Below, piece by piece: positions 54,330 through 64,000 of a DNA stretch of 64,000 bases. Source of the stretch: Octopus sinensis. Lineage: Eukaryota. Made by a program: the position numbers and the translations under genes. The number at the start of each line of letters is the position of its first letter. The stretch's first letter is position 1. The stretch is from contig NC_043012.1 of assembly GCF_006345805.1 (NCBI RefSeq), positions 44,516,001-44,580,000 on the forward strand. The letters are read 5' to 3'. The notes beneath the pieces were generated by a model. It was given only the letters and a program-made list of their open reading frames with translations, made no database searches and was not told the DNA's origin.

Positions 54330-54663
54330 TATATTATATATATATATAATATATGATTAATTAATAAGGGTGAGAGAATTAGATACTAATTTAATAGTAT
54401 ATCTATTCAACACCAAGTGGCCCAGTGCTCCGAGAAACCTGGATTATTATAATATTTTGTAATATATTATAATATTTTATACAAAAATAAATATAAGAGA
54501 GTGGTCACTATATGGCTCACTCTAGCACTAGTTAATCCAAAAGGTTTCAACCACAAAAATACATGTTTCCCATGAAAGTCAGTACGATTGTTAGCTCACA
54601 CGAACAGGGCAAATAAAAAATAACAAAAATACAGGTGTGATTGAGTGGATTTCATCCAGATAG

Positions 54664-54745
54664 TTTTGGCTGAGGAGCTACAAGTGGATTTTTTTGTAAG
54701 TAAAATTACATTTAATTCATTAATAGCGAAACAATTGTCCCAAAA
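54664..54745 (+). ncRNA. Type-I hammerhead ribozyme, copy 1 of a tandem pair
   Basis: Stem I TTTTGG/CCAAAA; core CTGAGGA; stem II GCTA...TAGC; GAA; palindromic stem III ACAATTGT; GTC cleavage (cut after 54739). Confidence 0.85.
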
Positions 54746-55199
54746 TAATCTGTATTTTTGTTATTTTTTATTTGCCCTGTTCGTGTGAGCTAACAATCGT
54801 TCTGACTTTCATGGGAAACATGTATATTTGTGGTTGAAACCTTTTGGATTAACTAGTGCTAGAGTGAGCCATATAGTGACCACTCTCTTATATTTATTTT
54901 TGTATAAAATATTATAATATATTACAAAATATTATAATAATCCAGGTTTCTCAGAGCACTGGGCCACTTGGTGTTGAATAGATATACTATTAAATTAGTA
55001 TCTAATTCTCTCACCCTTATTAATTAATTATAATTATGCTACATTTATTTCTAAATGTAGTATTTGTTTCCGTGAAAGTTTGGCGCGCTGTTAGTAGGGG
55101 CATTTGAATTATAACGTCGGATGTAATCAATTGAACCACACGTGTATTTATCGTTATGGTAAAATCTGGCGTGTGATTGAGTGGATTTCATCCAGATAG

Positions 55200-55281
55200 T
55201 TTTGGCTGAGGAGCTACAAGTTGGGTTTTTTGTAAGTAAAATTACATTTAATTCATTAATAGCGAAACAATTGTCCCAAAA
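55200..55281 (+). ncRNA. Type-I hammerhead ribozyme, copy 2, 536 nt downstream of copy 1
   Basis: Same stems and core as 54664-54745; cut after 55275. Confidence 0.85.
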
Positions 55282-55498
55282 TAATCTGTATTTTTGTTAT
55301 TTTTTATTTGCCCTGTTCGTGTGAGCTAACAATCGTACTGACTTTCATGGGAAACATGTATTTTTGTGGTTGAAACCTTTTGGATTAACTAGTGCTAGAG
55401 TGAGCCATATAGTGACCACTCTCTTATATTTATTATTATTATTATTATTTATATATATATATGTATATATATATATATTATATATGTATATATATATA

Positions 55499-55582
<84 letters not shown>

Positions 55583-56288
55583 TATATATATATATATAAT
55601 ATATATATATATAATCGTATTTTAGAAAAACAAATCCGGAGAAGCACTTTAAGAAGTAGAGCAGTCTACCAGTAATTTATATATATATATCCTAGTTGAT
55701 CTGAACACTTGATTAAAACAGTTCAGGATATAATCGCATTGAATTGAAAGCAAATTTCTAATATTCTTATGAATAATTAAGCTCAACTAAATAAAAGTAA
55801 TAAAATATTTAGTTAATATGTGAAAGGATAGATTTCTTTGAATTAAATTTGTTTTTAATTCTTATAAAGACACAACACAAACGATTCAAAATACAAAGGA
55901 TCATTACTATTCCTCAATAAGAACCGGTAGGAATAAGAGTATATTAAAAAAGGTTTTTAAACATTCTCTAAAAGGGAACCAAAAGTGATTAAAGTTGGTT
56001 TGAATATTTAGAGAAGGGGAGATAACTACGACGAAACACGCGAAAATGTGCGTCAGTCTATTTTAATTTTTAAGTCGTCTTAAATGTATTTCTTTCGAAG
56101 GGATACACACACGTTATATACATACAGGCATACATACATGTATGCATACATTCATACATACATGCATACATACATGCATGCATACATACATACATGCATA
56201 CATACATGCATACATGCATACATACATACATACATACATTCTTCCTAGAATGTTAAACCTTTGGAAATCTTCCCCTACTCAAGTTTTC

Positions 56289-57093
56289 GGATCTTCTCGG
56301 TTTGAACGGCAGTTTTTTAAAATAATTTCCACGTAACTAAACACTTTTAAACTTCGTATACTGGTAGAATGTGTTTATAAAACATCATTTTTTTTTTGGC
56401 TTTATTGAGAAAATTCTTTAGGTTGTAAGATATTTCGTCTGAAATTTCGAGCATTTCAGCAATTTTAACCAATCGCTGGAGTCCGTTTAGGTAAACAACA
56501 TTCCGTGCTGTATGAATATGTCCCTCCTTTAAGAAACAGATTGGGTTCATTTACATTTGTGAAGAAAAAAGATACCTTTCCCCTGCCACTAACCCTAACC
56601 CTAAATCTAAAATAGATTGAAATGCAATAGATCGATACTAGGGCCATAATTATGGGTAACATTTTCATTTGACACCGCTAGAAAAAAATCCCATTTTCCG
56701 TAGCGGTGTCGTATGAAATTGTCACCCATAATTATGGCCCTAGTATCGATCTATTGCATTTCAATCTACTTTAGATTTCTGGTGAGAGTCAGGGTTAGGG
56801 TTAGTGGTGGGGGAAGGGTATCTTTTTTCTTCACAAATGTAAATAAACCCAATCTGTTTCTTAAAGGAGGGACATATTCATAAAGCACGGAATGTTGTTT
56901 ACCTAAACGGACTCCAGCGATTGGTTAAAATTGCCAAAATGCTCGAAATTTCAGACGAAATATCTTACAACCTAAAGAATTTTCTCAATAAAGCCGAGAA
57001 AAAATGATGTTTTATCTACCAGTATACGAAGTTTAAAAGTGTTTAGTTAACTAGAAATTGTGTTGAAAAGTGCCATTCAAAAGGAAAAGATCC
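56289..57093. mobile_element. Related fold-back MITE, about 400-bp arms, centre near 56690
   Basis: GGATC...GATCC termini; outer arms homologous to 52313-53015; ctaaccctaaccctaa and agggttagggttag inside; no matching TSD. Confidence 0.75.
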
Positions 57094-57096
57094 TTT

Positions 57097-57457
57097 ATTC
57101 TCACTTAAATGTGGATGTTCAGCTAGAACAAACTTCACCGCGATAGATACCATTAGAGAAACTCACATATAGGCTTTTGGTGCAATATGCACGCTTGTTT
57201 ATATCGTTAGCCGGGAGATAAATCCCACCAATCCAGCGCCGAGACCACCAGATCACGTGATTTTGACCTTCTATTGTCTCATCGGTAAAATCACGTGATC
57301 TAGTAATCTTGGCGCTGAAGCTGGTTGGGATTTATCTCCCTGCTTGCGATTTGAACAAGCTTTCATTTTGCACCAACAGATTTTATGAGAGTTTCTCGCA
57401 TGGTGATACTGCAGTAAAGTTTGTTCAAACAGAACATCCACGTTTAAGTGGGAATAC
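57097..57457. repeat. Imperfect, roughly 360-bp palindrome (old fold-back element)
   Basis: tattctcacttaaatgtggatg...agatcacgtgatttt is mirrored by aaaatcacgtgatct...catccacgtttaagtgggaata. Confidence 0.7.
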
Positions 57458-57517
57458 ATTTGAGAAATGTATTTCCGTTCAAATAACTTCCCTAACAATA
57501 AAATTTAACCTTCACTT

Positions 57518-60500
57518 TGTAACAGGATCTGGAATCGGTATCACTGAAGGGGTGTCGATCCGATCCTGTCACATACAATTTAGTTAGATATAACAGACGA
57601 AGTCAGGTTATCGGTGAAAGATAGCAGTGTTGTTTATTATTCGTGATGGTGTACGTATCTCTGAAGGGAAAACGACAGCCGAATCTGTTGTACAGCTTCT
57701 TGTTCGTTGGTTGAAGTGATTCGATGTCGTCCGCGGCTAAGTCGGTGTAGTTATCAGAGACTACCAAATGCACGTCTGTTCACGATGGCTGAAATGGCCA
57801 GAGAGAGAGAGAGTGATCGAGTTTAGTGTTCCTTAGGGGTCAGTTTCCCGCACATGCGCATGGGGAAGACTTCCGGTGGCCACCCGGAAGTAGTCCCATT
57901 CTGCGCATGCGCGCTGAACCTTACACAGTAGCATCACTACATGGCTCCCCCTCGAGTGCGGAAGTACGAAGACAAGAAAATTTGTAGTGGTGCTGCAGAA
58001 AAACAGATGGCTTGCCGATCCCCAGAAGATTTGGTACATAATATCATACAAAAACAAGAAATTTGAAAGAAAGTTAAATATAAATTGTCTTTGAAAGTTT
58101 CTTGGGCCAATGCACTGTTCTGCCCGATCTTGTAATATACGGTGTGCTCGGGGCACCCGTTGACGGCGAAGGTGGTGTTGTAGGAGCCGGTGAAGGCAAA
58201 GGTGTCTGTGCAGGTGAAGGTGTTGTTAAAGGTGCATAGGTGGGTGTGGCAAAAGATGAAGACGTCTCAAAGTATGCTTTCTTTAATCGGTCCACGGAAA
58301 CGGTCTCCGAATGACCATTTATTTCAATAGTGAAAACCTTAGGTGTGCGAGAAAGCACACGGAAAGGTCCTTTATAGGGAGAAACAAGTGGCCCCTTGAC
58401 AGAGTCGTCCCGAACAAAAACATGCGACCAAGTGTCCATATCCGGTGGGAGATGGGATGGTGGAGATTGCTTCCTGGGAACCATGGATGGAAGATTCGAG
58501 AAATATGCACGCAGTCTGGCGACATAGGTCGCCGGATCATGGGGCTGGGGAGTGTCTGGCACCAACATCGTACCAGGCAATGCCAGTGTGGTACCATACA
58601 GCAGCTCTGCAGAAGAAAACCCCAGGTCTGCCTTGACAGCAGTCCGACAACCGAGAAGCACAATTGGCATAAATTCAATCCAGGGCTGTGGGTCTGAAGA
58701 GGCACGAAGAGCGGCCTTGAGCTGTCTATGGAACCGTTCAATTAATCCAGAAAAACCGAGCAGTGATCAGCTTAAAGGTGGCAGCGATGCCAGGATGTGA
58801 TAAGGAGTGCAGTGCTTCAAACACTGAGTGTTGATGATTCTCAGGCACGAGTGGCCTGGGAGAACCAGTGGAAGTATCACAGAGAATGGTGCCTTCGGCT
58901 GACGGAAGCGGAAGGTAGGAAAACTGGCAACAGGAGAACTTGGGAGAAGTTAAGTCTAACGACGCCAAAGGTGGCTGCTCCTGCGAGATGGCAGTTAAGT
59001 CGATAGCAGCAGGAGACGAAAGGGCGCAGACTGGAAGGCGAGAGAGAGCGTCAGCAGGAACGTTCTCTTTTCCAGGTATGTGTCGAATGTTACTAGTGAA
59101 TTGAGAGATAAAATCCAGGTGCCGGAAAGCACGAGGTGAGAGTTTGTCCGTTTTTGAACACAGGGCAAACGTAAGGGGCTTGTGATCCGTATAGATCACA
59201 AAATCTCACCCTTCAAGTTGATGCTGGAAATGACGAACCGATAGATAGATCGCTAGGAGCTCACGATCAAAGGTGCTGTATCGTCGTTCAGCTGGTTGCA
59301 GTTGGCGGGAAAAGAAAGCCAGAGGTCGAATATGATCATCCACTGTGTGTTGTAACACAGCGCCAATCGCAGTGTCCGATGCGTCTACAGTCAAAGAGAG
59401 AGAAGCACCAGGAACCGGATGTGCAAGCAAAGAAACAGAAGCCAGCTCCTTCTTAATGGACTCAAAGGCTGTGAGTGCCTCAACAGAGAGGGTGACTTGA
59501 CCGTCCTTTCTAGGAGTATCCTTTAATAGCCTGGTGAGAGGAAGTAGCTTATCTGCACAGCCGGGAATAAAACGTCTGTAGAAATTGATCATCCCTAGAT
59601 AATGCCTGAGCTGGCGCAAGGAAGTGGGGGGTGCGATGCGTTGAATGGCATCGACCTTTGACGACAGGGGGCTGATTCCACTCGAATCAATATGATGGCC
59701 TAGAAAATCTAGGGAAGAGCGTCAGAAAAAACACACTTGTCGGGATTTATACGTATGATATAAGCGCGAAGACGCTGAAAAAGCTGAGAAAGGTGCTGAA
59801 GATGATTTTCACTTGTGTCGCTCGCAATGAGTATATCATCGACATAGGCAAACGCAAAATCAAGACCGCGGACAACCTCATCAATGAAACGCTGGAAAGT
59901 GCTAGTAGCATTCCGCAAACCGAAACTCATATACAAAAACTCAAAATACCCAAAAGGGGTAGTGATCGCAGTTTTCGGAACGTCGGCTGGGTTGACCGGT
60001 ATTTGATGGTACGCGCGTATAAGGTCGACCTTCGAAAAAATGGTACAACCATGGAGATTTGCCGTAAAGTCCTGTAGAATTCTGATTGGATATCTGTCGG
60101 CTATTGTTACGGCATTGAGGCGTCGATAGTCTCCAACCGGGCGAAAATCAGACTCGCCCTTTCGCGCCAAATGAAGGGGAGACGCCTATGGGCTGGTGGA
60201 GGGGCGTATAAGGCCAAGTTGAAGCATGAGCTCAAACTCGGCCCTAGCCGTTTTTAGTCGGTCAGGCGCAAGGCGCCGTGGGCGCGAAAATACAGGTGGC
60301 CCAGTGGTGGTGATAAAATGGAGTGTCGAGTGGGTAGGCTTTTCCGGTTGAAAGGCAATGTCCACTAGCTCCGGAAATGAAGCCAAAAGAGAGTGAAAAG
60401 CGTCTCCAGAGGTGGCAACAAAGAATGTCGGGCTAAGGACCGCATTGGTGGAACTCCCAGTCGGCGTAGAGAGCGACATCGTGCTATCAAGAAGCCTCCG

Positions 60501-61898
60501 ACGCCTGACATCCACCAATAGATTAAACCTATCCAAGAAATCAGCGCCGAGAATAGGATGCGGGATGTCAGCGATGACGAAAACCCATTGAAAATCTCGA
60601 CGAAGGTTGATGTCGAGGCGCAGCGAAATCTGACCGAAGGTGGTTATGGGAGACGAGTCAATGGCATGCAAGACAATTGAAGAGCGCTTGGGCTTGTCTG
60701 CAGTCAGACGAAGGGGCCAGATGCTGCAACAAGAGCCGATGTCCACCATGAAGAATTTCTTCGACACCAGATCTTTTACAAAGAACGCACGATTTTTGGG
60801 AAACGAGAAGGAAGAAGGTGACGTGCTCACCTCCTCCGGATTTAGTTTTCCGAGGGCTGGAAAGTGCACGGCTGGGTACACCGTTCTGCCTTTTCGGCAG
60901 AGCCACTGCGACTACGACTGCGTGGTCGGCGCCCGATTGCACGGCACAGATCATCGATTCGCCGCGTGAGCGCATCGAGCCGCTCGGCTAATGAATTTTG
61001 CGTCGGAGAAACTGTCGGAGGGGGCTCTGTACATGCGCACAGGCCTCGCGATGGAGATGGTTTCGGAAATTCCAATATTTTATCGGCCATCAGCTCCTTA
61101 AAATTACTCTCCTCCGACCGCGTGTTGCGGCGGAGGATTTCGGCTTTCACGGACGCGTATGCGGCGTCCGGGTGGGGACTTATTATGAGATCCCTGACCA
61201 ATGTGGCGAGTCGGGGATGTAAACTTGAATATAGCAGATACAACTGCTGCTGTGGAGGAACGGCATGTGCGTCAAAATGCCACTCCACCTGGGCAAACCA
61301 CAGACCCACATCCCCTGTGAATGAAGGCAAACCTGATGCAGCCATGTTTGTCCGAAGAATCGTCTGTCAGAAAGGGGCAGAAGGTATGAACGAGAAATGG
61401 AGAACACGTGGAACCAACAAAGCAAATCAAAATCGTGTTTTGTGTACTGGTGTGTGTGTGTGTGTGTGCACCTCGTGGGTAGTAAAAAATAAGTGTGTGT
61501 GTGCACAAAGGAAAACAAAGGTACGGAAAAGAAAAAAAATAATGTGTGTATGTTTCTTTTTTTTTTTTTAGTGTACTGAGTGCGATGAATAAACTTTTGT
61601 TTTTTTACGCACCTTCGCCGTCCTGAAAGGCAAAGAAAAATGAAAATGAAAACTGAGTGTTCAGTGCTCTATCTGGCAAAACCTGTTCGCTGCGTCTTCT
61701 GTTCTTTTTTTTTTTCTACTTGGGGTCACCAATTGTAACAGGATCTGGAATCGGTATCACAGAGAGTGAGTGATCGAGTTTAGTGTTCCTTAGGGGTCAG
61801 TTTCCCGCACATGCGCATGGGGAAGACTTCCGGTGGCCACCCGGAAGTAGTCCCATTCTGCGCATGCGCGCTGAACCTTACACAGTAGCATCACTACA
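57518..61898 (-). mobile_element. Young but internally deleted Ty3/Gypsy LTR retrotransposon
   Basis: TG..CA LTRs at 57518-57941 and 61734-61898; 4-bp TSD ACTT (57514-17 and 61899-902); PBS TGGTGACCCC (tRNA-Trp type, 61722-31); PPT GAGGGGGAG next to the 3' LTR; order gag, PR, RT, RNase H, IN. Confidence 0.95.
58074..61345 (-). pseudogene. Gypsy gag-pol, disrupted
   Basis: Gag LWFAQVEWHF; protease MVDIGSCCSIWP; RT FSKVDLIRAYHQIPV and FAYVDDILIAS; RNase H TVDASDTAIGAVL and YSTFDRELLA; IN ERFHRQLK and GPF motif. Stop at 60186, frameshifts, and the IN core is missing. Confidence 0.93.
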
Positions 61899-62359
61899 AC
61901 TTTTACTTGATTATCAATCAGAGTTTATACCAATCCTGTTTCGCAAAAGTCGGAATATATTGTCAGAGAAAGGCGAGATATTTAATTTTCAACGATGGGT
62001 ATGAGAAGCATTAACAGAAAATGTAAACATCATATAAAACATGAAATATATATATATATTCTATAAAATTATTTAACAGTACTGCACGTAAAAATTACAA
62101 AGTTGATACCGTAAATTGTAACGTGGTAGATGACTGATGAGTTTGATGCAGAGGCAGGGCCGATCCTTAGTAATTTCGAGATCTTAGAGCCCTGATACTA
62201 ATTGTAGTTAATGAATTATAGTTAATTGTAGTTAAGACAAATCACTTCACAAAGTACCAACAGGCGATTCAAGGGTTTCTTTTTTAACAGAGAGTTTGTG
62301 TTTCTTGGTCAATGGTTCGTCGTTACTCTCGTCACACGCATCATCACCATCTGTCTCAC

Positions 62360-62436
<77 letters not shown>

Positions 62437-62539
62437 GCTGTTATCAACAAAAACGTTGTCTTCTATTTCCTCTGACGTTGTCCTCCGTGACATCTGTTTC
62501 GCATGTTCCCTGAATTATACGATGAAAATCACTTGCCTC

Positions 62540-63340
62540 GAATCCACCAAAATCGTTTTCTATTTCCATCTACAGAAACGTATTACCAATTATTGGCTTC
62601 TGTGCTAGTCTTCGACAACTCCCATACTGCTACTAAATTGAACATAGCAGATTTGAGGTTGTAGTCCTTGATGTTATTGAGTGTTTTCAGTCCTTGTGTA
62701 TCTTTTGTAAGAGTGTCCGTTTCTGTGACCACGAACCCTTCTTCGAAATATCTTCGTCGGTTTCAATTATATCTCGAACCATTGACTGGATCGCGTAGAT
62801 AACACTGGGTGGCAAGAACATGCATCCTATTTTACCATCAACTAGGGGAACGCCTATGCGAGCAGTTGCATTGTTAAAAACTAACGATGTCTTCATCTCA
62901 TCAGTAGAAACATTGAGATTTTCCTGGCATTACGCATTTCTTTCGTTTCAGCCATTAAATGAAAAATATACAAATTGAACCTCAATTTTTTTGAATGGTA
63001 GTAATGCACTGATCGCTGACGTTATTACCTCTCACGACCGATAACTTTGAAAGGAATTTAACGTCCGCATTCGCGCAACACATCACCATAAACTGTTCTT
63101 TATGACTAGGTGTGTAGGCGTCATTGTTAAAGCTTGGCGATTGCAAGTTAATTGCTACCAATGTTGTAGAATTTCGCTATCATTATACGTTTTAGAAATT
63201 AAAAGTTCTTTTTTCTTCCTGAATAGTTCGGTTTCCTTGGTTTGTCTGCTTCTTGATTCACCATGGGCAATTTTATAACCTATTTCGTAACGATTTGTCA
63301 TAACTACTTGTTACTAGCTTCGAAACTTTTGTTCCATATA
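62540..63340 (-). mobile_element. Tigger/pogo (DDE_1) transposase relic
   Basis: KEQFMVMCCANAD and LVFNNATA...DGKIGCMFLPPSVIYAIQSM resemble the Tigger motifs KERxTVxxCANA and LLLDNAPAH...FLPPNTTSxIQPMD. Confidence 0.7.
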
Positions 63341-63344
63341 TGTT

Positions 63345-63980
63345 CAGCTAACCCGGGAACAACACTTTCAATTTCTGCATCCCTCCAGACGACCTAATTT
63401 TCAGGAAACTCGAATGTTTGGTCAATGTCAAAATCTCCCCAGACTCCCGCGACCAAGCTGCTTTGCCCAAACGGTTTGGGGGTTTAGAGCTGCACAAGTG
63501 CTCATCTATATCTCTTCCCTGTTTTCTTTCCTCCATCCACGCTTGCTTCTCTTTGGTAGGCAACATCCTCTTCTCTCCAAAATAGACTAATTCCAACAGG
63601 GAAATGGATGAAGCTCAATCACAGTGGGAGGAGCTGAGTTTGTCGGTTCCGATTACAGTGGAGAATAGACGGAAACAGAGAATGTGGAACAATCTACGTT
63701 CAGGTGCCACTTTCAACTCTCTCCTTGATCAATCTGATCAATTTTCAAGATGTCACCTACTTTCAGCTTGTGCAAAATTCTCAGGGACTGGGCCGATGCC
63801 CTGCCTGTGGCCAACATTGAAGGTCTACTCAGTGTGAATGAACTCTGCATGTCCATCGCACTCAAAGTGGAAATTGACGTCAGTAGGGGACTGAGATGCT
63901 GCTGTGGTATGCCCTTCGACCCCGCAGGTCTTCAAGGTCTGTCTTGCCGACTAAATGTTGGTCGCTTCGCTCGTTAACGC
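63345..63980 (+). mobile_element. CRE/SLACS-clade non-LTR retrotransposon fragment
   Basis: QAALPKRFGGL...SLPCFLSS, SGDWADALPV, CCCGMPFDPAGLQGLSCRLNVGRFAR (zinc-knuckle region ahead of the restriction-like endonuclease). Confidence 0.7.
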
Positions 63981-64000
63981 TCAGTTCTAGAGCTGTCGGG

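Larger units (their letters stand above)
54356..55434 (+). mobile_element. Non-coding hammerhead-bearing retroelement (retrozyme/Penelope-like): inverted 279-bp segment, 536-bp unit, partial second copy
   Basis: 54356-54634 is the reverse complement of 54750-55028; 54635-54898 repeats at 55171-55434; flanked by (TA)n; no ORF. Confidence 0.75.

Overview
Eukaryotic, AT-rich and repeat-dense DNA. The tRNA-derived SINE families, RTE LINE tails and very long (TA)n/(CA)n tracts look like an octopus (coleoid cephalopod) genome; this is an inference from repeat content. One host gene can be assembled by hand: a six-coding-exon TERB2 orthologue (meiotic telomere-bouquet protein) on the minus strand, 49845 to 24203, 726 nt / 241 aa, with all introns GT-AG and phases consistent. 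Most of the rest is transposon-derived: SINEs, RTE/CR1/CRE LINE fragments, two Ty3/Gypsy LTR elements (one young, with TSD, PBS and PPT), mariner, Tc1, pogo/Tigger, hAT, a non-autonomous Helitron, and Merlin-type fold-back MITEs carrying TTAGGG repeats. The most interesting signal is non-coding. At least ten type-I hammerhead ribozyme motifs (three with a fully canonical core) sit in short ORF-less elements inserted into (TA)n microsatellites. Several of these elements are terminally redundant or tandem units of about 460-540 nt with a shared 3' motif, which suggests a retrozyme/Penelope-dependent family replicating through self-cleaved, possibly circular, RNA. Repeat boundaries are approximate, and protein similarities come from recalled sequences, not database searches.
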